Source: a virus
Lineage: Duplodnaviria; Caudoviricetes
Virus record (IMG/VR): IMGVR_UViG_3300048838_001824
Coordinates: 1 to 38,953 of that record
Length of the DNA stretch: 38,953 nucleotides
Reading direction: 5' to 3' (one strand)
Below the pieces are notes generated by a model. That model searched no databases and had not been told where the DNA came from. It was given only the letters and a program-made list of their open reading frames with translations. The stretch's first letter is position 1. Each line of letters begins with the position of its first letter. Below are positions 26,362 through 36,025 of this stretch, piece after piece. A program made the translations under genes and the position numbers.

Positions 26362-26753
26362 TCTTCCGAGACGGTGAGTTCACCGGTGGCAAACGTGGGG
26401 GGATCGGTCAGGTTGAGGACCCGGGAAGAGGCGAGCGCGATGACCTTCCGCAGGTTGCCACCCGATGAGGCATCGTAGATCCCGACGTGCGTGATCGTGG
26501 GCGTCCCGCCGGTCGACACAGGGAAGGCCACCAGCGAGGAGTTGGCGACTTGGCGCTTCCCGCTCACTGTCGACGGCGCCGCGAAGGTCACTGCCTGCCG
26601 CGCGTAGCTTGTGTAGGTCGTCTCGGTGACGGTGCCGGCCAGCAGGTCGGTGACCCCCGTCAGCAGCGCGGCGTACGGGGTATAGTCGAGGTAGTCCAGC
26701 CCTCGCATCGTGTTGAGCTGGGCATCAGCTTCGAAGCTGGTCTTGATCGGCAT
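26358..26753 (-). CDS. Virion structural/fibre-associated protein
   Basis: E.T..SYARQAVTF...V.FP...G..TITHVGIYDASSGGN motif of a common small phage structural family. Confidence 0.75.
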   Translation of the reverse strand: MPIKTSFEADAQLNTMRGLDYLDYTPYAALLTGVTDLLAGTVTETTYTSYARQAVTFAAPSTVSGKRQVANSSLVAFPVSTGGTPTITHVGIYDASSGGNLRKVIALASSRVLNLTDPPTFATGELTVSEE

Positions 26754-26755
26754 CG

Positions 26756-27121
26756 TCAGGCCTCGTCAGTCCAGGCGACGTGCACCACGGCTGCGCCGCC
26801 CGTGCCGCCGCTCTTCGCGCGCACCCGTGCGCCGTACCAGCCGGCCGGAGTGAGCGTGGCGTTGAGTCCGGCCGCCGTCAGGGACAGCACCGGAGGGGTG
26901 AGCCAGTCGCCGTTCGCGGGCGTGGCAGCGTTGGGGGCATCCGCCTTCAGCAGGTCGACCTCGATCGCGCACGAGGCCGGGAGGCTCGCCACGAAGACGG
27001 CGATTCGTTGCAGGAAATCGAAGGTCCCGCGGTCGTTGTCCTGGCGGAGGTAGAGGACCTCCGGCGCGTAGGACCCGGATCCCGCCGGTACCGTGAATGA
27101 GAGCGCGCGTCGTTGCCGCAT
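26756..27121 (-). CDS. Putative virion protein (beta-rich)
   Basis: 121 aa ending in an RVRAKSGGTGG..V motif, located in the structural block. Confidence 0.65.
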   Translation of the reverse strand: MRQRRALSFTVPAGSGSYAPEVLYLRQDNDRGTFDFLQRIAVFVASLPASCAIEVDLLKADAPNAATPANGDWLTPPVLSLTAAGLNATLTPAGWYGARVRAKSGGTGGAAVVHVAWTDEA

Positions 27122-27129
27122 AATGATCC

Positions 27130-27783
27130 TCAGTAGAGTTCGTCGCCGTGATGCTCGCCATAGCTCGCGAGCATCGCCTCGCGCAGCTCTCCGCCGCCCT
27201 GCCCGTCGAACGTCGCGAAGCGGTCCTCGAGCTGGGCCATCTCGCGCTCGTAGAGCTGCAACGCAATCCGCCCATCGCTCCGATCGTCCTTCGATTGCGC
27301 GAGGAGCGCGGCCAGCTTCCCCACCGCGCGATGTGCCCAGGTTGGCACGCCGATCGCCAATTCCGCCGTCTGTGAGTTGATCGCGCCGAGATCGAGCGTC
27401 ACTTCCAGTTCAACGCCCTGGCCGATGTCGACGTGCTCTCCGATCAGCAGCGTCCGCGGATCTCGCCACTGGTAGTCACCGCCATCCTGATCGAGCGACG
27501 CGCTCGGCCGAAGTCGCCGCTTTGAGGGCAGGACGCGCACGGCCTCGACCGCGATCGGGTCTCGCACGTCGCTTGGCACCACATACTCACGCGTGCCGCT
27601 ACCGGCCTCCAGCGTCACTGACACGAGCTGCAACCGCGGGGCGGCCATCGAGAGACGTCGGCGCACCTCGTCGCGCGCTTCGGTCAGGTAGTCGTACAGC
27701 TCCTCCGGCCCCAGATCGTCGTCTGGCGTCGTGTCCACCCCGAGGCGGCGCTCGAGGTACCGGAGGAGCTGTTCACCGGTCAT
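27130..27783 (-). CDS. Head-to-tail adaptor (P22 gp4/T7 gp11-like)
   Basis: 217 aa from ATG 27783: MT..QLL...RRL...ELYDYLTEA...YVVPSD...VPTWAH.A. Confidence 0.7.
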   Translation of the reverse strand: MTGEQLLRYLERRLGVDTTPDDDLGPEELYDYLTEARDEVRRRLSMAAPRLQLVSVTLEAGSGTREYVVPSDVRDPIAVEAVRVLPSKRRLRPSASLDQDGGDYQWRDPRTLLIGEHVDIGQGVELEVTLDLGAINSQTAELAIGVPTWAHRAVGKLAALLAQSKDDRSDGRIALQLYEREMAQLEDRFATFDGQGGGELREAMLASYGEHHGDELY

Positions 27784-28148
27784 TCCTCGGTCAGGCCCTT
27801 CTCGGCGAACGCGGCGAGCACGGTCTTGCGCTTGCCGTGGGCCAGCTCGTACTCGAACCATTCGGCGAGCTGCTCGAGATGCTCGGGGGTCTCACCCATG
27901 GCCTCGATCGCCGCGATGGCGTCCGCCGCGTTGGCCTCGGGGAAGACGAACGTCTCGTCGCTAACACCCGGCGTGTCGTACTCTTCCGGCCACTGCGCAC
28001 GCAGCCGCTCGAGCTCGTCTGCCGTCGGCTCGACGAGCTGGTCGGTGGGCCGCAATTCGTCCTCCGGGACATGCCCACGGTACGGCGTGCGAATGACCCC
28101 GTTGCCGGGGCCGGTGTGCTCTTCAACGACACGAGCGATGAACGGCAT
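27780..28148 (-). CDS. Hypothetical acidic protein
   Basis: 122 aa with a C-terminal ELAHGKRKTVLAAF motif and SD GGAG. Confidence 0.7.
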   Translation of the reverse strand: MPFIARVVEEHTGPGNGVIRTPYRGHVPEDELRPTDQLVEPTADELERLRAQWPEEYDTPGVSDETFVFPEANAADAIAAIEAMGETPEHLEQLAEWFEYELAHGKRKTVLAAFAEKGLTEE

Positions 28149-28156
28149 AGCTACTC

Positions 28157-28687
28157 CTACTGGGTGAAGGCGGCACCTTGGACCAGCGGCTTCCGCTCGT
28201 CCCAGTGGCCGGAGGTAAGGGCAGGGAGGTATCGAGCGATCTCGCGGAATCCCTGCGCCATTTCGCCCGCGACGAAGCGCCGCTTCCGGAGACGCGCCTG
28301 CCGGAGGATGGCCGCCTGGCGATCGTGGTACCGGGCGACGCCGAGCTCTTTGAACTCGAAGGCTTCGCGGATGCGTTGCCGCACGAACCGATGATCGAAG
28401 TCGCGGAACAGCTTGCGGACCCGGGGTGAGCCGGTGCGGATCAATTCGGCCATCTCCTCCTCGGAGACCGGCGTGCCGTCATCATCGAAGACCGGGCTGT
28501 ACCAGAAGACGTATTCGTAGAACTCCTCGGCGCCGGTGGCCTCGTTGCGCTGCCACACCTCCCACAGCTGCCGGCCGACGTTCCACCGCAGGAACCGACG
28601 CGGAAAAGCCCGCAGATACTCCTCCAGCGCGGAGGGATCGGCGTGCATTTCCGAGGCGGGCATGAAGCGGATCGGCCCAACGAGCAT
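28157..28687 (-). CDS. Hypothetical protein downstream of capsid
   Basis: 176 aa with a natural globular composition, in the operon direction. Confidence 0.7.
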   Translation of the reverse strand: MLVGPIRFMPASEMHADPSALEEYLRAFPRRFLRWNVGRQLWEVWQRNEATGAEEFYEYVFWYSPVFDDDGTPVSEEEMAELIRTGSPRVRKLFRDFDHRFVRQRIREAFEFKELGVARYHDRQAAILRQARLRKRRFVAGEMAQGFREIARYLPALTSGHWDERKPLVQGAAFTQ

Positions 28688-28706
28688 CAGGAGAGCGCCC
28701 CCGATG

Positions 28707-28736
28707 GTGGGGTGGCGCCCGAAGGCACCACCCCAC
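28707..28736 (-). terminator. 13-bp stem with cUUCGg tetraloop after the capsid gene
   Basis: Minus strand GTGGGGTGGTGCC-TTCG-GGCGCCACCCCAC with one G-U pair and no U-tract. Confidence 0.6.
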
Positions 28737-28743
28737 GCACCGG

Positions 28744-30027
28744 TTACCGGAGGATGGTGACGTCGTCGACCAGGTCGCCGATCGCATAGTGCGCGTTGCG
28801 GCTGAACCAGATCGCCTGGTGAGGGAACCAGAGATAGGCGACGTAGACGTGCCGGTTCTCGACCCGGTGGAGCTTGGCGCCGTCAAGATCGACGTAGCCC
28901 ATCTTCACGAGGTCCACCATGCCGACGGCGTCCTTGTCGGTGTTGACCCCGAAGAGGAAGCCCTTCGGACACCAATCGCCCTCGATCAGCTTCCGGCCGT
29001 TGATGCTGATTGCATCGAGGCCAGAGTCCTGGAGGCCGCTCGTCTCGCCGAGGTAGCGATGCCGGTTGGCGAGGGCCGCCTGGTACTCGATCGCGATGCC
29101 CCGCGTCGTGTAGAGCAGGTCCGGCTTCTTGCCGGCCTTCGCCTTGGCCGTCGCGTCACCCTGCGCGAGCAGCTTCTCGGTGATGGCGCGTGGCGTACCC
29201 GAGTTGAGCAGTCGGCGCGCGTTCCACCGGGAGTAGTCCCCCCCGTTGATGTTCTCGAACGTGTCGCCCGAGTTGATCGCGGCGAGGAGGCCGGAGGCCT
29301 CGGCGAGGTAGTTCGTCGCCTTGTCGCTCCCGGTGGCATCGACCGCGTTGCAGAGCACGACGTAGTCGCCGATCGCACCACCGGCCGGGGAGGCCGAGAG
29401 CTCGAACGTCTCCGCGTCGTAGTCGACCGCGTTGACCTTTGCTCGTCCACGCTCGGTGCCGTTCGCCGGGTTGATGAAGGCGACCTCCATCCCCTCGACG
29501 ATCAGCATCGTGCCGGGGCCAGCGCTCACGCCGAGACCGTAGGGCCGCTCGAGCGCGTACGTTGGCGCACCCACGACCGTCTTCACGAGCGCGAGGATGC
29601 CGCGCCCGTCGCCGTTGTACTGGCGCTCGATGTCGAGGGCGACGCGCGTCATCCCGTCCTCGAGCTGGTCCTCGAGGTTCGAGACGAACGCCTTCGAGGT
29701 GTCCTTCGTCAGCGGGATCGACTGCCCGCCCACCGAGACGGTGGTGTAGGTGTGCGCGAGGCCCACCTTGCCCTGCTTGCGCTTCGGCGCGCTGGGGCTC
29801 GGCAGTAGCCGTCCCTCAGGGACGTTGGCGACCGTCCCGCCGGTCTGGAGCTTCACGTTGAAGTAGAGCCCGTCGGGGCCAGCCTTGAACTTCTTGGTGC
29901 GACCCAGCGCCTGGGTCAGAGCGGTCGCATCCGGCACCGCATCCACCGCCATCAGGTAGGCCCGCTTGAAGGTCTCCTGGACATCGGCGAGGTTGGTGCC
30001 CGCGACCTGGTCGAGCGCGATTGGCAT
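28744..30027 (-). CDS. Major capsid protein
   Basis: 427 aa after the scaffold, with strong codon bias and a downstream hairpin. Motifs DIERQYNGDGRG, ENINGGDYSRW and SRNAHYAIGDL. Confidence 0.8.
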   Translation of the reverse strand: MPIALDQVAGTNLADVQETFKRAYLMAVDAVPDATALTQALGRTKKFKAGPDGLYFNVKLQTGGTVANVPEGRLLPSPSAPKRKQGKVGLAHTYTTVSVGGQSIPLTKDTSKAFVSNLEDQLEDGMTRVALDIERQYNGDGRGILALVKTVVGAPTYALERPYGLGVSAGPGTMLIVEGMEVAFINPANGTERGRAKVNAVDYDAETFELSASPAGGAIGDYVVLCNAVDATGSDKATNYLAEASGLLAAINSGDTFENINGGDYSRWNARRLLNSGTPRAITEKLLAQGDATAKAKAGKKPDLLYTTRGIAIEYQAALANRHRYLGETSGLQDSGLDAISINGRKLIEGDWCPKGFLFGVNTDKDAVGMVDLVKMGYVDLDGAKLHRVENRHVYVAYLWFPHQAIWFSRNAHYAIGDLVDDVTILR

Positions 30028-30049
30028 GATTCAGCTTTCCTGCGGCCGG

Positions 30050-31267
30050 TTACTCGTCGTCCCCGATGCCGCTACGGAGGGTCTGTCGAATCGCCGCCAT
30101 GTGTTCGCGGAAGTTCCGCGGCCGGCCCGATTCGTCGGTGGCCGGTGTCCCCGTGGCGGGCGGAGCAGGCGTCCGGCGCAGCGTGACCGATTCGTCGCGC
30201 CGCTGGAGCCGCTCAGTGGTCTTGGCGTTGTGGGCCGCGGCATCCGCGGCGGCCGAGGTCGCCTTCACCCGCTCCACGTGCGGGCGAACCCGCGTCTCGT
30301 AGCGCGCGTTGAGCTTCTCGAGGACCTTCACGAGGTTGTCGGTGGTGAGGACTTGCAGGGCTTCGCGCTCGATGGTGGCGGCGAAGTCCGCGTCGCTCAA
30401 TCCGACCTTGGACTGCATGGGCTTGTACTGCTCGAGGAGACTGTCCCGGGTGGCGACGAAGAGGCCGTGGAAGGTCTGAAGCGCTTCCTCGGTGTCGTCC
30501 GCGGTCAGGAACTCGAACTCCCCCAGGCGCTCCGCGACGACCTCGCGGGCCGCGCCCCAGAACTGCTCGTGCTGCGATTGCTCCACGGCCGTCCGCTCAC
30601 GCGCCTCGTCGGCCTCTCGACGGGCGAGGTCGGCCTTGAGCTTCGCGTTCTCACGAGCTTCGGGTGAGAGCTGTGGCGCGAGCTCGCGCGCCACCTGGTC
30701 GTACTTGTCCGGGTCGCTCAGGATCTCGTAGAGGATCTCCTCGGCCCGGTCCGCCCGCTGTTCTGCGGTGCTGACGCGGCCGCGCTCGTGCTGGAGATCC
30801 GACTCGAGGCGCCCCTTCAGGACCCCGAACTCACTCCGGACGCGCTGCGCGTGGACGCCCTGCTGCGCGAACTCCACGAGCTTGTCGAGGGTGGTGACCT
30901 CGACCTGCTTGCCGTCGCCCTTGAAAACGATCTTCGCGCCTTCGGGGAGGGCCATCGGCACCGGCTTGCCATCGGCGCCGAGGACCTCGAATCGGGGCTT
31001 CGCGGGCGCATCGTCTGCCGGTGCGGTCGGCTGTTCCGTGGGAGAGGGAGTCGGCGGCGCGTCAGGCTTGGCCGAATCCTCAGGCTGGGTCGCAGGTGGC
31101 GTGGACTCGTCGTCCTCGTCATCGTCCGCGGTCAGCGTCGAGGCGATGTCGCCCCAACGTGGACGGGCAGGCGGCTCGGTGGCTGCCGGGGTCGCAGGCG
31201 TGCCGGCTTCGGGTGGCTCGATCGCAGGGGCGGTCTCGAGCGTCTCGGTCGCGGTGGCGTCAGACAT
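30050..31267 (-). CDS. Capsid scaffolding protein
   Basis: Acidic Pro-rich N-terminus, KGDGKQVEVT.LDKL motif and coiled coil, located between portal and capsid. Confidence 0.75.
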   Translation of the reverse strand: MSDATATETLETAPAIEPPEAGTPATPAATEPPARPRWGDIASTLTADDDEDDESTPPATQPEDSAKPDAPPTPSPTEQPTAPADDAPAKPRFEVLGADGKPVPMALPEGAKIVFKGDGKQVEVTTLDKLVEFAQQGVHAQRVRSEFGVLKGRLESDLQHERGRVSTAEQRADRAEEILYEILSDPDKYDQVARELAPQLSPEARENAKLKADLARREADEARERTAVEQSQHEQFWGAAREVVAERLGEFEFLTADDTEEALQTFHGLFVATRDSLLEQYKPMQSKVGLSDADFAATIEREALQVLTTDNLVKVLEKLNARYETRVRPHVERVKATSAAADAAAHNAKTTERLQRRDESVTLRRTPAPPATGTPATDESGRPRNFREHMAAIRQTLRSGIGDDE

Positions 31268-31273
31268 GCCTCC

Positions 31274-31295
31274 ACGCTACGGGCCGAAAAATTCC
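31274..31295 (-). promoter_or_regulatory. Late promoter motif copy 1 (GGAATTTTTCGGC-CC-GTAGCGT)
   Basis: 20/22 identical to 36616-36637. It ends 6 nt before the scaffold ATG. Confidence 0.7.
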
Positions 31296-31311
31296 CCGCG
31301 AGGGGGGTGAC

Positions 31312-33705
31312 CTACACCGGCGGGGGTGCGTCCGGCATCGGGGGCTCGCCCGGCGGGGCCATCATGCTCTCGGCCATCTGCGCCATGGCTTCCGCGCCTG
31401 CGGCCGGCACGCCGGGCTGACCGTTCGCCCCGATCGGTTGTCCCGGTTGCGGTGGCATTCCCCCACCCCCAGGCTGCGGCGGTTGCATCTGTGCCATCTG
31501 CGCCTGCACGAGGATCTGCTTGAAGGCCTGCCAGCGTCCGGTGATCGCCTGCTTGACTGGATCGGGGAGGCGCTCAAAGCGCTGGGCGAGGAGCGCCTCC
31601 TCAAGGACGCCGAGGTGCACGGCGGGATCTTCCCACGGCTGCGGCGGGTCGACCTCGCGACCCTGCTCGATCGCCATCAGCTGGCGTCGCGCCCGGGCGT
31701 ACTGGAGCGAGTAGCTGTTGCGGAAGGCGTCCGGCACCGCGGTCGGCAGCAGCTTCTTGACCGTGACCTGGTCGATCAGCCCCGCACCCATCAGCGTCAT
31801 CAGCTCATTCTTGATCGCCTCCTTCTGGCGCGAGAGCATCGAGCCGGGCACGAAGGCGTAGTCCACCTCGACGTTCATGTGATCGGCCGTGATCTCGGCC
31901 TCGACCTGGTAGAGGCGATCGTGCCCGACGACGCGCACCTTCCGGAGCTCCTTGTACTCGACTGAGGTGATGGCGTCGAGCGCCTAAGCGAGGTGACGGA
32001 GCGCGATGTCCTGCATGGTCGAGACTTCGGCGATCGAGCGCTCGTCGGCGTACTGGAGGGCGTAGACCGCCTTCGCCGCGAGCCCGGCGCTCGGGAGCTT
32101 GCCCGTCGACGCGTCGTTCATGTAGCCGACGTCCTGCGCGGCCGCCATCGACGCGTTGTAGAACTCGCCCACCGCCCGCGACGGTTCGCCGAGTTGCATC
32201 GGGGAGATCTGCGTCCCTTCGCGCGTCGTCACCAGCACGCCTGGCATGTCGCCGAGGGCACGGATTCGCATCTGGTGGTTGTGCGGCGCGGTGAGGATCA
32301 GGCGATCCCGGAGCGCGATGCCCTCGGCGGTGTGGCTGCGGGTCCGGTTGATGTCGTCCTGGAGAGGGATCAGGTCGCGCAGGAACGTCCGACCGTAGTG
32401 GTTGCCCTCCTCCGGGATGTCGACGAGCTGCACGAACGGCGACGCCTTGAGCGCCCACGCGGGCAGTCCCGCCTTGTGGATCAGGATGCCACCCACGGTG
32501 ATCAGGTGCGCACCCTTCGCGCCCCAGAGCTTCCGGAGATACGGCGTCTTCGGCCAGATGAAGGTCTCGCGGACGAGGTATTCCTGCTCGAGGACCTCCT
32601 GGAGGTTGCTCCCCTGATCCCCCACTGCTCGCCGCCGGAACATCGGCCCTTCGGAGTAGTCGCCACGCGCCACGCGCCGCACCAACCCGCGCCACTGCAC
32701 GAGCTTGTCCGCCTCGGTCGCCGGGGTCGCCTCCTTCAGCTTGTCGAGCGCGTCAGGGAACATCGCCAGAATCGCCGTGGTCGGCATGATCTCGGCATCC
32801 TGCACGTACCACGAGTCGGTGATCTCGTCCTCGTAGGGGTCCCACCGCACGTTGAACGGCGTGCGCACGTCGATGAAGACTTCGCCCTCGTGGAGGTAGT
32901 CCGTGCCCTCGGGCGGTGGCAGCTTCTTCACCGTCTCGGTACCGTCGTCGAGCACCGTCGTCTCGGTGACGAGTCCGACTGGCTCGCCCTTCGCGTTGAG
33001 GTACTCCTCCTTGATCCCCACGAGGATCTGCTGCGTGATCGGCTGGCCATCCGGCCCGATCGCAGGCTGGCCCGTCGTCGGATCGACCTGCGGCTGCGCC
33101 TCGAAGACCGGAGACTTCCGTGTCACCGGGATCGGAGGCCCGGCATTCGGATCCCAGCCGCACTTCAGGATGCCAGACCCGCACTTGCTGGCCCAACGAC
33201 GTGCACGCACAAGCCGCTGATGCACGTCGAGCTTGTCCCAGAGCGCCCAGAAGAGCGTCTCCTTCATCTCGGCGCGATCGAGATCGTCTTGCTCGGTCGT
33301 GCGGGCCTGCACCGTCACGGTGGGCTTGTTCTCGGTGAGGCGTGAGACGCGGATGCCGACCGACTTCGCGGTGACATTGTAGGTCGAGCGAACCCGGCCC
33401 GGCACGGTGCGGCGCACGAGCCACCCGCGTTCCCGGTGGTAGGTCAGGTGCTGGATGCCGGCGGTGTAGTACAGGTGCATGCGCCACTCACGCGCGAGTT
33501 CGTCGACCGCGTCGTCCTGATCCGACCAGAGCCGCTGCTCCCACTGGGCGATTTCCTCGTCGCTCGACGTGGTGCCGACGACGACGATGCCCATCTGCGA
33601 GCCCTGATCGATCGCCTTCTTCGCCTCGCGCGAGGTCGGCGCCTTCATGCCGGTGAACCCGCGCTCGATGGCGCCGGTGAAGCGCTGCATCAGGGAATCA
33701 GCCAT
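31312..33705 (-). CDS. Portal protein, interrupted by one in-frame TAG at 31984-31986
   Basis: The 573-aa and 208-aa ORFs share a frame (797 codons if read through). P22-like portal features include CGSGILKCGWD, TPFNVRWDP, LIPLQDDINR and a Q/P-rich tail. Confidence 0.85.
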
Positions 33706-34066
33706 CGATCAGCTCCTCGGCGACGCGCGCCGGGTCGGCGAGAGGGTCCACACTCAGCCGGAGCCGCGCACGAGCGCGCATCTCCTCCTGGACGTCAGGG
33801 TCGACGAAGCCGTCGACGAGCTCTTCGATCTCCGCCGGGAGCGGCGGGGGTACCTGCTCCGGTGGCGGAGGCGGCAGTGGCACGACCTCGGCCCGTACGC
33901 GATCGAGCAGCTCGCCCAGGTGGTCAGCACGCGCGACCGCCTGCCGCGCCGTCTCGTACAGGGTCGTTCGCGCGGCTGCGAGCTCGCGATGCAGCACGAC
34001 GACCGCGGGCAACGCGATCGCCACGCCGATCGCGAGGCCGAGCAGGAGCCAGAGGGCAGGGGTCAC
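33698..34066 (-). CDS. Membrane-anchored hypothetical protein
   Basis: 122 aa from GTG 34066 with an N-terminal TM and poly-Pro. It overlaps both neighbours. Confidence 0.65.
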   Translation of the reverse strand: MTPALWLLLGLAIGVAIALPAVVVLHRELAAARTTLYETARQAVARADHLGELLDRVRAEVVPLPPPPPEQVPPPLPAEIEELVDGFVDPDVQEEMRARARLRLSVDPLADPARVAEELIDG

Positions 34067-34452
34067 GGCACAACCAGTTCGAGCGAGAGAGCCAATGCCA
34101 TCGCACGCACCACCGCGACGAAGACGTGATCCTTCTGCTTCTGCGCGTCGGGGAGCTCGTCGTACGGCACGAAGCAGGGATGCTCCTTGTTCACGACGTC
34201 CTTCACCGGCCCATACTTCCACCCGTCCGCCACCTTCTCGGCAAGCCAGCTTTCGTGGCTCTCCCGCGGGCCATTGCCGCGCAGGACGCCCTCGACGCCG
34301 AGGAGTGCACTGCGGCGCTGCCAGTCCGGGGCGTCATCCCAGCCCACCTGCGATCCGTCGCCGAGCGCAGTGCAGTAGGCGCGGTTGGCTTCGTGCGCGG
34401 CCCTGGCGCAGGCGGTGATGCGCGGGTCGATCGTGTTGCTGCCGTCAGTCAT
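34063..34452 (-). CDS. RyR-domain protein
   Basis: From ATG 34452: AHEANRAYC...HESWLAEKVADGWKYGPVKD...HPCFVPYDELP..QKQKD. Confidence 0.88.
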   Translation of the reverse strand: MTDGSNTIDPRITACARAAHEANRAYCTALGDGSQVGWDDAPDWQRRSALLGVEGVLRGNGPRESHESWLAEKVADGWKYGPVKDVVNKEHPCFVPYDELPDAQKQKDHVFVAVVRAMALALSLELVVP

Positions 34453-34471
34453 CGTCGTGCTCCTCGCAGTT

Positions 34472-36025
34472 TCAGGATTCGAACAGGTCAGCGGTGGTGG
34501 GGAGTCCGCCCTCGAGTACTTCGAGCAGCGGGTGGTCGTCGGTCGGCAGCACGTCGTCGTCCTCGCCGCGGTTGTGGGCGGCGAGCGCACGCGCCATGCG
34601 ATTCGCGACGTGCGCCGCGATGCGTTGGTGAGGCTGCGGTGCTTCGATGTCCTCGAGGGGAATCTCCGAGAGCGGAGGCCGCCCCATCAGCAGGTATCGC
34701 AGTGCATCGGGTGCGTGGTCCGGCCCGCCCTTCGCTGCGTCGCCCGTGCCCTTCTTGTCGTGCTGCAGGGCCGGGAGGGAGCCGATGAGAATCGGGCAAC
34801 CGAGACCGCGCGAGGGGTCGGCGGTGCAGACGCGGAGCCACGGGGCAGGGGTGCCGGGCGCGGCAGGGTTCGGGCGACGTGGATCGAGATGCTGGTGGAG
34901 GCGCATCCAGCCATTGAGCCGGTCCTTGTTCGCCTGCACCAACACGATGCCGAGGCCGAGCTCCGCCCACCGGTCGTTCATCTCCTGGGCGATCGAGACG
35001 CCGCGGTCAGGTTGCGGGGTCCACATCTGCGTGTCACCGCGGATGATCATGCGACGCTCGACCTCCGTCGTGCACCGTTCGGCGATCATCTCCGCCAAGC
35101 GACGCGGCGCCGTCTCGCCGATCACGAGCTCCTTGTAGGCCCATGGCCGGCCGAACGGGTCGAACGCGGCCCAGACCACCGCCGCCGGGTGCGGGGCATA
35201 GCCCCAGTCCATCCCGGCTTCGACCTCCCAGTACTCCGGTGGCACGAACGGCTGGCAAGTGTGCAGCTCGTGGCGCCACTCGGCGAAGTACTGCCCCTCG
35301 AACGCGTCCCACGAGCCTTCGAGCCACGCCTTCCGGAGCGCCTCGGGCAGGGTTTCCAGCGTCTGGAGGTACACACGGCCGTTGTGCGGGTTGTCGGTGG
35401 CAAGGGCGCGCACGAAGGCGAACCGATGGGCGATCGGCAGCAGCTCCTCGGGGAAGGCGCGGTCGATCCAGAGCTGCTTCACCCACGCGTGCCCGGGACC
35501 ACCGGGGTTCGTGCCGGCGATGAACGGCGTGTGGTCGAGTCCGGGCCAGCGCAACGAGCCGCGCAGCGTGTGGAGGAGGCCGACCTCGGCGTTCTTGGTG
35601 AGCTCATCGACGCCGATCGCTGCGAACTCGGCCGACTGGTACTTCGACGGGTCGTCCAGGTTGCGGAATGCGATCACCCCGCCACCGAGCCCGGCATCGA
35701 GACGGAACTCCTTCGCCGAATCGTGCCAGAAGCCGAGCCACGCGGGCATCTCGGTCTCGAGCTTCGAGATGTGGCGATCGCGGAGCGCGGGGTAGTCCTC
35801 GCAGAAGAGCCCGACACGGACGTTGCGGAGACGCGTCTGCGCGTAGGTGCGGATCAGGAAGCGCGCGAGGTAGTACCGGATCCAACGCGACTTCCCACCA
35901 CCGCGCGCACCGCCGTAGAGCGTGAAGTCGTGGGCGTCGGCCGTCAGCGTGGCTTCCGCCTGCCGAGGCGTCGGGTCGAGGATGTCCTCGAGGCGCACCT
36001 GGCGCCGCTCCGCGATGCCGGTCAC
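34472..36025 (-). CDS. terL: Terminase large subunit
   Basis: Walker A GGARGGGKS, Walker B IGVDELT, TNPGG, and nuclease motifs GMDWGY and DHAPDALRY. Confidence 0.95.
   Translation of the reverse strand: MTGIAERRQVRLEDILDPTPRQAEATLTADAHDFTLYGGARGGGKSRWIRYYLARFLIRTYAQTRLRNVRVGLFCEDYPALRDRHISKLETEMPAWLGFWHDSAKEFRLDAGLGGGVIAFRNLDDPSKYQSAEFAAIGVDELTKNAEVGLLHTLRGSLRWPGLDHTPFIAGTNPGGPGHAWVKQLWIDRAFPEELLPIAHRFAFVRALATDNPHNGRVYLQTLETLPEALRKAWLEGSWDAFEGQYFAEWRHELHTCQPFVPPEYWEVEAGMDWGYAPHPAAVVWAAFDPFGRPWAYKELVIGETAPRRLAEMIAERCTTEVERRMIIRGDTQMWTPQPDRGVSIAQEMNDRWAELGLGIVLVQANKDRLNGWMRLHQHLDPRRPNPAAPGTPAPWLRVCTADPSRGLGCPILIGSLPALQHDKKGTGDAAKGGPDHAPDALRYLLMGRPPLSEIPLEDIEAPQPHQRIAAHVANRMARALAAHNRGEDDDVLPTDDHPLLEVLEGGLPTTADLFES

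Noticed and set aside
31984-31986. Genome-wide TAG reassignment (code 15 or pyrrolysine)
   Set aside because: Only one internal TAG was found. Several genes end sensibly at TAG, and no suppressor tRNA is visible in the window.
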